A DNA stretch of 64,000 bases from Centroscyllium fabricii (taxonomy: Eukaryota), in contig JBNRSN020000045.1 in assembly GCA_051313645.2 (NCBI GenBank), positions 3,224,001 to 3,288,000 of the forward strand, in the 5' to 3' direction. The translations under genes and the position numbers were made by a program. The notes under the pieces are model-generated. The model searched no databases. It was not told the DNA's origin and saw only the letters and a program-made list of their open reading frames with translations. Positions 22,394 through 34,486 of the stretch are shown in pieces. Each line of letters begins with the position of its first letter. The first letter of the stretch is position 1.

Positions 22394-23947
22394 CTGTACC
22401 TGCCCTGGGAGTGTTTGATGGGACAGTGTAGAGGGAGCTTTACTCTGTATCTAACCCGTGCTGTACCTGCCCTGGGAGTGTTTGATGGGACAGTGTAGAG
22501 GGAGCTTTACTCTGTATCTAACCCGTGCTGTACCTGCCCTGGGGAGTGTTTGATGGGACAGTGTAGATGGAGCTTTACTCTGTATCTAACCCGTGCTGTA
22601 CCTGCCCTGGGAGTGTTTGATGGGACAGTGTAGAGGGAGCTTTACTCTGTATCTAACCCGTGCTGTACCTGTCCTGGGTGTGTTTGATGGGACAGTGCAG
22701 AGGCAGCTTTACTCTGTATCTAGCCTGTGCTGTACCTGCCCTGGGATTGTTTGGGGACAGTGTAGAGGGAGCTTTACTCTGTATCTAACCTGTACTGTAC
22801 CTGCCCTGGGAGTGTTTGATTGGACAGTGTAGAGGGAGGTTTACTCTCTATCTAACCTGTGCTGTACCTATCCTGGGAGTGTTCGATGGGACAGTATAGA
22901 AGGAGCTTTATCATAGAATCATAGAAATTTTACAGTGCGGATAAGGGCCATTCGGCCCATCCAGTCCGCACCGGCCCAGGAAACTCCTCGCTATACTAAC
23001 CCCATTTGCCCGCACCTGGCCCATAACCCTGTATGTTATGGTCCTTCATGTGCTGGTCCAAATATTTTTTAAATGTTGCGATGGTTTCTGTTTCCACCAC
23101 CCTTACAGGCAGGGAGTTCCAGACTTCCACCACCCTCTGGGTAAAGAAATTTCTCCTTACCTCCCCCCTAAACCTCCCTCCCCTAATCTTGAATCTATGT
23201 CCCCTGGTACTTGACTCTCCCACCAATGGAAACAATGCCCCTTTATCTACCCTATCGTGTCCTCTCATGATCTTGTAGACCTCAATCATGTCACCCCTCC
23301 ACCTTCTCTTCTCTAGGGCAAATAACTCTGTATCTAACCCGTCCTGTACCTGTCCTGGGAGTGTTTGATGGGACAGTGTAGAGGGAGCTTTACTCTGTAT
23401 CTAACCTGTGCTGTACCTGCCCTGGGAGTGTTTGATGGGACAGTTTAGAGGGAGCTTTACTCTGTATCTAGCCTGTGCTGTACCTGCCCTGGGAGTGTTT
23501 GATGGGACAGTGTAGAGGGAGCTTTACTCTGTATCTAACCTGTGCTGTACCTGCCCTGGGAGTGTTTGATTGGACAGTGTAGAGGGAGGTTTACTCTGTA
23601 TCTCACCCGTGCTGGACCTGCCCTGGGAGTGTTTTATGGGACAGTGTCGAGGGAGCTTTACTTTGTATCTAACCCGTGCTGTCCCTGCCCTGGGAGTGTT
23701 TGATGGGACAGTGTAGAGGGAGCTTTACTCTGTATCTAACCGGTGCTGTACCTGTCCTGGGAGTGTTTGATGGGACAGTGTCGAGGGAACTTTACTTTGT
23801 ATCTAACCCGTGCTGTACCTGCTCTGGGAGTGTTTGATGGGACAGTGTAGAGGGAGCTTTGTATCTAACCTGTGCTGTACCTGCCCCTGGAGTGTTTGAT
23901 GGGACAGTGTAGAGGGGGCTTTACTCTGTATCTAACCCGTGCTGTAT
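22394..23947 (+). repeat. 67-bp minisatellite (about 17 units), interrupted by a CR1 3' fragment
   Basis: Unit CTGTACCTGCCCTGGGAGTGTTTGATGGGACAGTGTAGAGGGAGCTTTACTCTGTATCTAACCCGTG, with starts at 22394, 22461 and onward. Confidence 0.95.
22910..23325 (-). mobile_element. CR1 3' end
   Basis: ORF 22996-23289 (IEVYKIMRGHDRVD...RRNFFTQRVVEVWNSLP) and a TCATAGAATCATAGAA tail. Confidence 0.9.
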
Positions 23948-24065
23948 CTTCCTTTGGATTGAGTGATATGGGAGCTTTACTCTCACAGGGCTCCATCTGT
24001 GGTGTGGAGCAAACAACAGAAAGTCCACAAAGCGGCCCCGCGGTAAACTCCAGGATCGGCAGAGA

Positions 24066-24707
24066 GTCAGGGAGCGTCTGTAAATGGAGGAGAAATGGAG
24101 ACTGGTCAGGGAGCGTCTGTAAATAGAGGAGATATGGAGACTTATCAGGGAGCGTCTGTAAATGGAGGAGAAATGGAGACTGGTCAGGGGGCGTCTGTAA
24201 ATGGAGGAGAAATGGAGACTGGTCAGGGAGCATCTGTAAATGGAGGAGAAATGGAAACTAGTCAGGGAGCGTCTGTAAATGGAGGAGAAATGGAAACTGG
24301 TCAGGGAGCGTCTGTAAATGGAGGAGAAATGGAGACTGGTCAGGGAACGTCTGTAAATGGAGAAGAAATGGTGAGTGGTCAGGGAGCGTCTGGAATTGGA
24401 GGAGAAATGGTGAGTGGTCAGGGAGCGTCTGTAAATGAAGGGGAATGGGGAATGGTCAGGGAGTTTCTGTAAATGGCAGAGAAATGGTGAGTGGTCAGGG
24501 AGCATCTGGAATTGGAGGAGAAACGGTCACTGGTCAGGGAGCATCTCTAAATGACGGAGAAATGGTGATTGGTCAGGGAGTGTCTGTAAATGACAGAGAA
24601 ATGGTGATTGGTCAGGGAGTGTCTGTAAATGACGCAGAAATGGTGACTGGTCAGGGAGCAGCTGTAAATGGCGGAGAAATGCTGATTGGTCAGGGAGCAT
24701 CTGTAAA
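24066..24707 (+). repeat. 39-bp minisatellite (about 16 units)
   Basis: Unit GGTCAGGGAGCGTCTGTAAATGGAGGAGAAATGGAGACT. Variants change progressively along the array. Confidence 0.92.
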
Positions 24708-24709
24708 AG

Positions 24710-25200
24710 ATCTCCTGCTGAACCCTCAGCTCTGGCTCTGTTACCCCCAGACTCCACTATTCCAATGCTCCCCTCTGCCATCTCCTGCTGAACCCCTCAG
24801 CTATGGCTCTGTTACCCCCAGACTCCACTATTCCAATGCTCTCCCCCCTCTCATCTCCTGCTGAACTCTCAGCTATGGCTCTGTTACCCCCAGACTCCAC
24901 TATTCCAATGCTCCCCCCCCCCATCTCCTGCTGAACCCTCAGCTATGGCTCTGTTACCCCCAGACTCCACTATTCCAATGCTCCCCTTGCCTCCCATCTC
25001 CTGCTGAACCCTCAGCTGTGGCTCTGTTGCCCCCAGACTCCACTATTCCAATGCTCCCCCCTCTCATCTCCTGCTGAACCCTCAGCTATGGCTCTGTTAC
25101 CCCCAGACTCCACTATTCCAATGCTCCCCTTGCCTCCCATCTCCTGCTGAACACCCAGCTATGGCTCTGTTACCCCAGACTCCACTATTCCAATGCTCTC
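24710..25200 (+). repeat. About 70-bp tandem repeat (7 units) derived from L2 ORF2
   Basis: Unit ATCTCCTGCTGAACCCTCAGCTATGGCTCTGTTACCCCCAGACTCCACTATTCCAATGCTC translates like the L2 motif ..FVTSRLDYSNALL. It runs directly into L2 3' sequence. Confidence 0.8.
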
Positions 25201-25575
25201 CTGGCCACCCATCTTTCACCTTCCAGAAACTTCAGCTCATCCAAATCTCTTCTGCCCTACAACCCTCTGAGATATCTGCGCACCTCCAATTCTGGCCACT
25301 TGAGCATCGCCACTTTTAATCGCTCCACCATTGGCGGCCGTGCTTTCAGCTTCCTGGGACCAAAGCTCTGGAATTCCCTCCCTAAATCTCTCCCACTCTC
25401 TCCTCCTTTAAGATACTCCTGAAAACCTACCTCTTCGACCAAGCTTATGGTCACCTGTCCTAACATCCCCTGATGTGGCTCAGTGACACATTTTGTTTGA
25501 TAACGCACCTGTGAAGCACACTGGGATGTTTCATCACATCCTCGATTTTAAAATTCTCATCCTTGTTTTAAAATC
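25200..25575 (+). mobile_element. L2 LINE 3' fragments
   Basis: GGRAFSFLGPKLWNSLPKSL, the 3' UTR, then DFKILILVLKSLH. Confidence 0.75.
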
Positions 25576-27160
25576 CCTCCATAGCCTCGCCCCTCCCTAT
25601 CTCTGTAACCTCCTCCATAGCCTCGCCCCTCCCTATCTCTGTAACCTCCTCCATAGCCTCGCCCCTCCCTATCTCTGTAACCTCCCCCAGAGCCTCGCCC
25701 CTCCCTATCTCTGTAACCTCCTCCATAGCCTCGCCCCTCCCTATCTCTGTAACCTCCTCCATAGCCTCGCCCCTCCCTATCTCTGTAACCTCCTCCAAAG
25801 CCTCGCCCCTCCCTATCTCTGTAACCTCCTCCATAGCCTCGCCCCTCCCTATCTCTGTAACCTCCTCCATAGCCTCGCCCCTCCCTATCTCTGTAACCTC
25901 CTCCAGAGCCTCGCCCCTCCCTATCTCTGTAACCTCCTCCATAGCCTCGCCCCTCCCTATCTCTGTAACCTCCTCCAGAGCCTCGCCCCTCCCTATCTCT
26001 GTAACCTCCTCCATAGCCTCGCCCCTCCCTATCTCTGTAAACTCCTCCAGAGCCTCGCCCCTCCCTATCTCTGTAACCTCCTCCAGAGCCTCGCCCCTCC
26101 CTATCTCTGTAACCTCCTCCAAGCCTCGCCCCTCCCTATCTCTGTAACCTCCTCCAGAGCCTCGCCCCTCCCTATCTCTGTAACCTCCCCCATAGCCTCG
26201 CCCCTCCCTATCTCTGTAACCTCCTCCATAGCCTCGCCCCTCCCTATCTCTGTAACCTCCTCCATAGCCTCGCCCCTCCTTATCTCTGTAACCTCCTCCA
26301 ACCCTCGCCCCTCCCTATCTCTGTAACCTCCCCCAGAGCCTCGCCCCTCCCTATCTCTGTAACCTCCTCCAACCCTCGCCCCTCCCTATCTCTGTAACCT
26401 CCTCCAGAGCCTCGCCCCTCCCTATCTCTGTAACCTCCTCCAGACCCTCGCCCCTCCCTATCTCTGTAACCCCCTCCAGAGCCTCGCCCCTCCCTATCTC
26501 TGTAACGTCCTCCAGACCCTCGCCCCTCCCTATCTCTGTAACCCACTCCAGAGCCTCGTCCCTCCCTATCTCTGTAACCTCCCCCATAGCCTCGCCCCTC
26601 CCTATCTCTGTAACCTCCTCCATAGCCTCGCCCCTCCCTATCTCTGTAACCTCCTCCAGAGCCTCGCCCCTCCCTATCTCTGTAACCTCCTCCAAGCCTC
26701 GCCCCTCCCTATCTCTGTAACCTCCTCCAAGCCTCGCCCCTCCCTATCTCTGTAACCTCCTCCATAGCCTCGCCCCTCCCTATCTCTGTAACCTCCCCCA
26801 GAGCCTCGCCCCTCCCTATCTCTGTAACCTCCTCCATAGCCTCGCCCCTCCCTATCTCTGTAACCTCCTCCAGAGCCTCGCCCCTCCCTATCTCTGTAAC
26901 CTCCTCCAAGCCTCGCCCCTCCCTATCTCTGTAACCTCCTCCAAGCCTCGCCCCTCCCTATCTCTGTAACCTCCTCCAGAGCCTCGCCCCTCCCTATCTC
27001 TGTAACCTCCTCCAGAGCCTCGCCCCTCCCTATCTCTGTAACCTCCTCCAGAGCCTCGCCCCTCCCTATCTCAGTAACCTCCTCCAGAGCCTCGCCCCTC
27101 CCTATCTCTGTAACCTCCTCCAGAGCCTCGCCCCTCCCTATCTCTGTAACCTCCTCCAGC
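25575..27160 (+). repeat. 36-bp minisatellite (about 44 units) amplified from L2 ORF2 ([12 protein letters not shown])
   Basis: Unit ATAGCCTCGCCCCTCCCTATCTCTGTAACCTCCTCC, flanked by in-register L2 sequence (FKILILVLKSL upstream, QP..NPL downstream). Confidence 0.93.
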
Positions 27161-27184
27161 CCCTCAACCCTCTGAACACTCCTT

Positions 27185-27600
27185 GTTCGTGCTCTGTGTG
27201 CGGGAAGGGATTCACTTGTTCAACCAACCTCACTTCACATCAACTTGTTCATACAGATAAGAGACCTTTTAAATGTTCTGACCAAAGTTCATTGACCTGA
27301 AGTGTTAACTCTGTTTTTCTCTCCACAGATGCTGCCCGACCTGCTGAGTATTTCCAGCAAATTCTGTCTTGATTTCAGATTTCCAGCATCCGCAGTATGT
27401 TGCTTTGGTTTTAACTGATCTGACTGTGAGAAGAGCTTTAAAGCACAAGGCATCTGCTGAATCAGCAGCAACATACTCCCACAGGGGAGGGGCCGCTCAA
27501 TTGGTTTGTGCGTGGGAAAGGATTTAATCCCGAATCCAGCCAGTTGACTCACCAGTGAGTTCACAAGTGACAGCAGCAGCTGGATTCTGTTGTTAATAAC
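27185..27600 (+). pseudogene. Decayed ZNF relic split by a PLE terminal fragment (about 27283-27418)
   Basis: [31 protein letters not shown] | insert | DCEKSFK...VHK* followed by the family 3' UTR start. TCTGAC is repeated around the insert. Confidence 0.75.
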
Positions 27601-27709
27601 ATCCAACAACAACATAAACTTGTATTTATACAGCGCCTTTAAAATAATAAAAGGTCACACAAAATTTGACACAGAGACAAATATGGAGATATTAGGACAG
27701 AGGTAAATA

Positions 27710-28920
27710 AACCCAGGGACCACTTACACTCTGACATAAAACCCAAGGACAACTTACACTGAGACAACAAATACAGGGACCATTTACACAGGGACACCAA
27801 ATCCATAGATCACTTACACTGCGATACCAAACCCAGGGGCCACTTATACTGTGACACCAAATCCAGGGATCACTTTCGCTGTGACGGCAAATTCAGGTGC
27901 TACTTACACTGAGACACCAAATCCAGGAACCACTTACACAGGGACACCAAATCCACAGATCACTTACACTGCGATACCAAACCCAGGGACCACTTATGCT
28001 GTGACACCAAATTCAGGGACCACTTACACAGGGACACCAAATCCACAGATCACTTACACTGCGATACCAAACCCAGGGACCACTTATGCTGTGACACCAA
28101 ATCCAGGGAGCACTTTCGCTGTGACAGCAAATTCAGGTGCTACTTACATTGATACACCAAATCCAGGAACCACTTACACCGCACACCAAACCCAGGGACC
28201 ACTTACACCTAAACAACAAACCCAGGGACCACTTACACTGTGACATCAAATCTAAGGACCACTTACACTGCAACACCAAACGCAGGGACCACTTACATAG
28301 AAACATAGAAACTAGGAGCAGGAGTAGGCCATTCGGCCCTTCGAGCCTGCTCCGCCATTCAATGAGATCATGGCTGATCATCCAAACCCAGTATCCCGCC
28401 CCTGCCCTCTCCCCATATCCCCCGATCCCTATCGAGCCTACATCAACACATACCCCACCCTATCCCCGTAACCCCACATATTTAATCCCCCTAACACTAA
28501 GAGTCAATTTATCCTGGCCAATCAACCTTCCCCGCACTGTGGGAGGAAACCGGAGCACCCGGAGGAAACCCATGCGGACACGGGGAGAATGTGCAAACTC
28601 CACACAGATAGTACCCGAGGCTGGATTTGAACCCGGGTCTCCAGTGCTGTGAGGCAACAATGCTAACCACTGTGCCACCGTGCCACCCACTGAAACACCA
28701 AATCCAGGGACCACTTACACTGCAACACCAAACCCAGGGACCACTTACACAGCGACACCAAATCCAGGGACAACTCACACCGCAACACCAAACCTAGCGA
28801 CCATTTACACTGCAACACCAAACCCAGAGACCACTAACAGTGCAAGAACAAATCCAGGGACCACTTACACAGTGACACCAAACCAAAGGACAACTGACAC
28901 GGTAACACTAAATCCAGTGC
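27710..28920 (+). repeat. 30-bp minisatellite interrupted by a SINE
   Basis: Unit ACACCAAACCCAGGGACCACTTACACTGTG. The TPNPGTTY ORFs are a by-product. Confidence 0.9.
28295..28688 (-). mobile_element. Full-length HE1/V-SINE-type tRNA SINE with CR1-derived tail
   Basis: tRNA head GGCACGGTGGCACAGTGGTTAGC...GGTTCAAATCC, V-domain TGTGTGGAGTTTGCACATTCTCCCCG, and a CR1 3' tail. Confidence 0.9.
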
Positions 28921-29009
28921 CATTTAATACCATCCAACAACAACAAAAACTTTCATTTATATAGTGCCTTCATCATAAGCCACTTCACAGGAGCATTATC
29001 AAACAAAGT

Positions 29010-29649
29010 TATGGAATACGGGTGAGGGCGATGGTTCCTCTGGGGAGTGTAGCCAGGGCCAGGTCCGTGGCACCGTTGGTGTCTCAGCTGTACAAGAGGG
29101 GAGGAGGAAGATCAGGAAAGCAACAGTGATCGGAGATTCGATTGTTCGGGGAACAGACAGGGGTTTCTGCAGCCACAGACGTAATTCCAGGATGGTATGT
29201 TGCCTCCCTGGTGCCAGAGTCAAGGATGTCATCGAGCGGCTGCAGAACATCCTGAGGGGGGGGGAGGGTGAACAGCCAGAGTCCGTGCTCCATATTGGCA
29301 TCAACGACATAGGTAGAAAGAGGGATGAGCTCCTGCGGAAAGATTTTAGGGAGCTGGGAACGTGATTAAAAAGCAGGACTTCAAAGGTAGTAATCTCTGG
29401 ATGAGTCCCAGTGCCACGAACTATGAGTATAGAAATCGAAGGACAGAGCAGATGGATGCAAGGCTGGAGTGCTGGTGCAGGAAGGAAGGTTTTACAATCC
29501 TGGGATATTGGGCATGGTTCTGGGGGAAGTGGGACCTGCACAGGCCAGACAGGTTGCACCACAACAGAGCCAGGGCGAACATTCTCGTGGGGGCGGGGTT
29601 GCTGGTGCTTTTGGGGAGGGTTTAAACTAATTTGGCAGGGGTTGGGTAC
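29010..29649 (+). mobile_element. CR1 ORF1 SGNH-esterase region (decayed); the element continues at about 30670-31490
   Basis: IGDSIVRG, CCLPGARVKDV, HIGINDIG and DRLHHN. The downstream piece has IMGDFNYPNIDW and SDH endonuclease motifs. Confidence 0.85.
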
Positions 29650-29880
29650 TGTAATGATATTGAGACTTCCGGCAGGAAGTCGGATGAACTCTGCTTATGA
29701 ACTTCCAGTGACATCACTTCCTGTACATGTCACTTCCTGTGTAGTAATATAAATTCTGCTGCTATTCAGTCTGAGATAATGCTTCTCCATGTAAATATGT
29801 TAAAACTCTCAACTCTGTAAATAGCTGATTAAAGCTTTGCTAAAAGTATTTGATGTGTTTAAGTCGCTTTTGTCACATCA
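29650..29880 (+). mobile_element. Solo LTR (231 bp, TG...CA, 5-bp TSD GGTAC)
   Basis: TGTAATGAT...GTCACATCA flanked by GGTAC on both sides. TATAAA and ATTAAA lie inside, and there is a near-identical copy at 58897. Confidence 0.85.
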
Positions 29881-29897
29881 GGTACCATAATGTAACA

Positions 29898-32300
29898 TTA
29901 AGAACATAAGAAATAGGAGCAGGAGTCGGCCAATCGGCCCCTCGAGCCCACTCCGCCATTCAACAAGATCATGGCTGATCTGATCCGAACCTCAATTTTA
30001 TTTTTACTCTCCATCCCGCCCAAACCCATGTGATCTCCCGGGTGAGGCGAAAAACCAGATAAAAAACGCAGTGACCAATTTGGGAGAAAAAATCTGGGAA
30101 ATTCCTCTCCGACCCATCTAGGTGATCGAAAACTGGTCCAGGAGATCACATGGCCGATCTGAACCTAGCCTCACGTCCACTTACCTGCCCGCTCACCATA
30201 ACATAAGAACATAAGAAATAGGAGCAGGAGTAGGCCAATCGGCCCCTCGAGCCTGCTCTGCCATTCAACAAGATCATGGCTGATCTGATCCTAACCTCAA
30301 TTTTATTTTTACTCTCCACCCCGCCCAGACCAATGTGATCACCTGGGAGATAAAAAAAACACTAGTCACTGACTGCCAGTCTGAGAACGAACCATTAATC
30401 CCAACTCTCTGTTTTCTGTTAGAAAGCCAATCCTCCACCCATGCCAGAATATTACTACCAACCCCGTGATTTTTTATCTTGAGTAATAATCTTTTGTGTG
30501 GCACCTTGTCAACTGCCTTTTGGAAGTCTAAATACACTACATCGACTGGTTCCCCTTTATCCACCCTGTATGTTATGTCCTCAAAAAACTCTAGCAAATT
30601 TGTCAAACATGACTTCCCCTTTGTAAAACCATGCTGACTTTGTCCCATTAAATTATGTTTATCCAAATGAATGGAGAAACAAAGGATTGGGAGAGACAGG
30701 TAGCATTATAGTAAGACAGAGTAAGGTAATAGGTGGGGTCAGAATAAGAGAGAATATAAGAAGGTCTAAGATTTATTTACCGTTTCAGGGCAGGATTGGG
30801 TCCTAAATATTCCTGGATATTTATTGTTCCGGAAACATAGGAGGTGGGGTTTCAGTATTGATTGAGAATATTACAGTGCTGGAGAAGCGCATGTCCTTAA
30901 TGGGTCAAGGGCACCATCTATTTGGTTAGAGTTCAGAAACATTTGAGGTGCTGTTACAGGACTAGCTGTATTCGACAGGCCACCAACTCGTGCAGAGGAT
31001 ACAAAGGAGCAAATGTTCAGGAAATTACAGAGAGATGCAAGAACTACAGAGTAGTGATAATGGGGGACTTCAACTATCCTAATATAGACTGGGATAGTAA
31101 TAGTGTAAATGGCAGAGAAGGGGAAAATTACTGAAGTGTGTTCAGGAGAATTTTATCCTCAGTACGTTTCTGGCCCAATGAGAAACAAGACATTGCTGGA
31201 TCTGGTTCTGGGGAATGAGGTGGATTCAGTGGACAATTGTCAGTAGGGGAACATTTCGGAAGAGTGATCACAGTATCATAAGTTTCAGATTAGCTATGGA
31301 GCAATCTAGAGTAAAAATACTTAATTGGAGGAGGGCCAATTTCAGTGAGTTGAGAACGGATCTGGCCCAGGTAAATTGGAATCAAAGATTGGTAGGCAAC
31401 AGGGTGCCTTTAAAGAGGAGTTGGTTCCATGATTCCAAATAAAGCCAGAGCTCCCTGGATGATAAAAGAGATAGAAAAGAAAAAAAGATTTGCATTAAAC
31501 TAGTGCCTTTAACGACCATTGGATGTTAAAGGTGCTATGTAAGATATTTTGAAAAAAGAACATAACATAAGAACATAAGAAATAGGAGCAGGAGTAGGCC
31601 AATCGGCCCCTCGAGCCTGCTCTGCCATTCAACAAGATCATGGCTGATCTGATCCTAACCTCAATTTTATTTTTACTCTCCACCCCGCCCAGACCAATGT
31701 GATCACCTGGGAGAGGTGAAAATTCCTCTCCGACCCATCTAGGCGATCGAAAACTGGTCCAGGAGATCACATGGCCGATCTGAACCTAGCCTCACGTCCA
31801 CTTACCAGCCCGTTCACCATAACCCCTAATTCCCTTTAATTCCAGGAAACTGTCTATCTCAGTTTTAAATTTATTCAACGTAGTAGCTTCTACAGCTCTC
31901 TGGGGCAGCAAATTCCACAGCCGCACCACCCTCTGAGTAAAGAAGTTCCCCCTCATCTCAGTTTTGAAATGGGAGCCCCTTATTTTAAGATTATGCCCCC
32001 TAGTCCTAGTCTCACCCACCATTGGGAACATCCTCACCACATCCAACCGATCAAGCCCTCTCACAATCTTATATATTTCAATAAGATCGCCTCTCATTCT
32101 TCTGAACTCCAATGAGTAAGAGGCCCAATCCACTCAGCCTCTCGTCATATGTCAGCCCCCTCATCCCCGGAATTAACCTAGTGAATCTTCTTTGCGCTGC
32201 CTCGAGAGCAAGTATGTCCTTTCTTAAATAGGGACACCAGAACTGCACGCAGTACTCCAGGTGTGGTCTCACCAATACCCTGTACAACTGCAGCAAGACC
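29898..32300 (-). mobile_element. Pile of CR1 pieces: three 3' ends of one subfamily (about 29898-30200, 30200-30360, 31560-32300) plus an RT fragment at 30360-30670
   Basis: Repeated AAGAACATAAGAAATAGGAGCAGGAGT tails and RT ORFs 30274-30666 and 31792-32296. The + strand endonuclease piece 30670-31490 lies within the span. Confidence 0.8.
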
Positions 32301-32670
32301 TCCCGTCGTCACTGTTGTAATGTAGGAAATGCAGCAGCCAATTTGCACTCAGCAAGTTTCCACAAACAGCACTGTGATAATGATCAGAATCTGTTTTTGT
32401 TATGTTGATTGAGGGATAATTATTGCCCGGGACACTGGGGATAACTCCACTGCTCTTCTTCAGAATAGTGCCATGGAATCTTTTATGTTCAACTGAGAGG
32501 CAGACCAGGCCTCGGGTTAACATCCCATCCGGAAGACGGCAGCTCCGACAGTGCTGCACTCCCTCAGCACTGCACTGGTGTGTCAGCCGAGATGCATGTG
32601 TTCAAGTTCCATAGTGGGACTTGAACCCACAACCTTCTGACACAGAGGCGAGTGTGCTGCCCACTGAGAA
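32301..32670 (-). mobile_element. Deu-type SINE
   Basis: Homologous to 9460-9870 and 10166-10244. Confidence 0.75.
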
Positions 32671-32699
32671 GGCAAACTAGGTGAGAATTGATATAGGTT

Positions 32700-32890
32700 A
32701 GAGTAACAAATGGCCCAAAAAAGAAAGTCAGTAACAGAACATCAATTAGTCTCCTCTGATCAAACTGTGTGTTTGAAACGAAGCTGATTTATTCAATATT
32801 TATACAGATTAAACTCCACCCCAGATATAGGGGTTAGTAAGATCAGTAGGAACACACTGTAACTGCCAGAATGAACATGGTTCAGTGATC
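32700..32890 (-). other. Orphan ZNF-family 3' UTR remnant
   Basis: Reverse complement of about 21430-21630 (ACTGAACCATGTTCATTCTG..., GGAGTTTAAT, GAGGAGACTAATTGAT, TTTTGGGCC) with no fingers attached. Confidence 0.6.
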
Positions 32891-33029
32891 AATGCAATCT
32901 CTGTAAATTCAGTTTTATTCACGAATGAGGGATTTCAATGGTGGGGTTTTTACCCAGCATTCCCCACAGGTGTGAATGTGCCGCACCCAGACCACAGGAG
33001 CCCAGTACGCAGACGCCAAAATACAACGG

Positions 33030-33150
33030 GGTTCGGAGCATGCGCAGTGCGTGTAATTAGAACGTGAGATTGTCAAGTGACGCAGTAGAGCAGCTCCTGT
33101 TAATCACTAAAAAGCGGGCGGACGGAGGGGCGGATTGGACCGGTAAGTGG
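33030..33150 (+). promoter_or_regulatory. Promoter-like cluster plus 5' splice site
   Basis: GCATGCGCA (NRF1-like), TGACG (CRE half-site), GGGGCGG (GC box), ATTGG (CCAAT reverse) and the donor CG|GTAAGT at 33143. Confidence 0.5.
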
Positions 33151-33260
33151 GCAGTTAGGCTTTATAAACAATAGTTGCAGGCCGCAAACCCCGAATAATA
33201 ACTTGAAGGTCCCGCGTTTGCAGCGTTTGGGCTTCTCCAGCTCACAGGCCCAGGGTAATA

Positions 33261-33509
33261 TCCCTGAAGCAATATCTGAAGGACGTGTCGGTACAGCGAG
33301 ACTGCTTCCATGTTACAGCCGTGAGGTTACCAGACGAAGTGACCTTCGTTGTCTATGAGTTTTGGGAGAGCGAGGAGCAGTGGAAGAACCATCTTCAAAG
33401 TGCACGATCTAAAGCTTTTCAACATGTGAAAGTGGACACACCGACCCAGCCCGAGACTGTCTCCACTCTGTTTATACCAGCTGCCTGGTGTACTCTGGAT
33501 GGAAAATAG
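33261..33509 (+). pseudogene. NECAB2: Processed, 5'-truncated copy of NECAB2 (C-terminal ABM-like domain)
   Basis: [72 protein letters not shown] matches the NECAB2 C-terminus as I recall it ([48 protein letters not shown]...VPAAWCT). It is contiguous with no introns. There is an in-frame stop at 33204 and no ATG before the domain. Confidence 0.8.
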
Positions 33510-34269
33510 CTCGGAGCCTCCCGGGAGGGATGGACGTGAGGAGCTGCAGGCTTTGGCTGGACAAACAGTTCCAGCTCCCTCACTGAAAGCCAGATCCCAC
33601 AAGTGGTAAACCCTTTGCGTATTTTGTAATGAGTTACTTCCAGGAATACTTGTTAACAATTTTAAGCACGTTAATTATTAAAGAGAATTGGAGTAGTTGA
33701 GCTGCGAGTGTCTGACAGGCCCTAATCGAACCAGGGGGAGAATAGGCTGAAAGATCGTAGTTTAACTCTATTTAATTTTACAGAGAGCTGGAAGATTTTC
33801 ACCCCTTGGGCCCAAACCTGACCCTGCCTGGACACTGCCGTTCACCTCAAACAGGCTTGACCCTGAAGGTGGTCTGGTTGCAGGATAGCCCTGATCCGGA
33901 CTGGCCTGGGTGAGGGGTGATGAAGTGTGGGTACAGTCAACACTGCTCAATCTGGCTTTGCTATTGTTTCGGGCTTTTTCGGAAGGCATGTTGGGAAAGA
34001 AGTCCCCTGTTGCTGCATGGATATTTAGAGATCTTTGAAACAGGTCGGTGGTAGAGATTAGCTGTTGGAATCAGTTAGGTCGCTGTCCAGACTGATGGGC
34101 TCAGGATCTCCACAGAACCTCTAACAGAGAGAGGCAGCCAAATGACGCTAGTTCCTTTGTTATTGTTAATAATAACCGCACATCTCCCTCCGCATCCTCC
34201 CCTGTAGCTCCAATTTATATCCGCTCCTACATTTGGCCCCCGCATATTTCCCAACTGTCTCCTCCAGCA

Positions 34270-34486
34270 TCACCTCCTGTGTCCACTCCTGTGTCCCCTC
34301 CTGTATGAGCCCCCGTGTCTCCCCCCCGTGTCTCCCCCCGTGTCTCTCCCCCCGTGTCTCTCCCCCCGTGTCTCTCCCCCCGTATCTCCCCCCTGTCTCC
34401 TCCTGTGTCTCCCCCCGTGTCTCCCCCCGTGTCTCCTCCTTTGTCTCCCCCCGTGTCTCCCCCCGTGTCTCCTCCTGTATCTCCTT
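34270..34486 (+). repeat. Pyrimidine-rich ~12-bp repeat (TGTCTCCCCCCG)n
   Basis: Direct reading. Confidence 0.85.

Noticed and set aside
22394-27160. Regular repeats as a possible CRISPR array
   Set aside because: Units are head-to-tail with no unique spacers, there are no cas genes and the context is vertebrate.
27851-28964. Mucin-like or adhesin-like TPNPGTTY protein
   Set aside because: It is a 30-bp minisatellite with frameshifts and a SINE insertion, and has no signal peptide or splice context.
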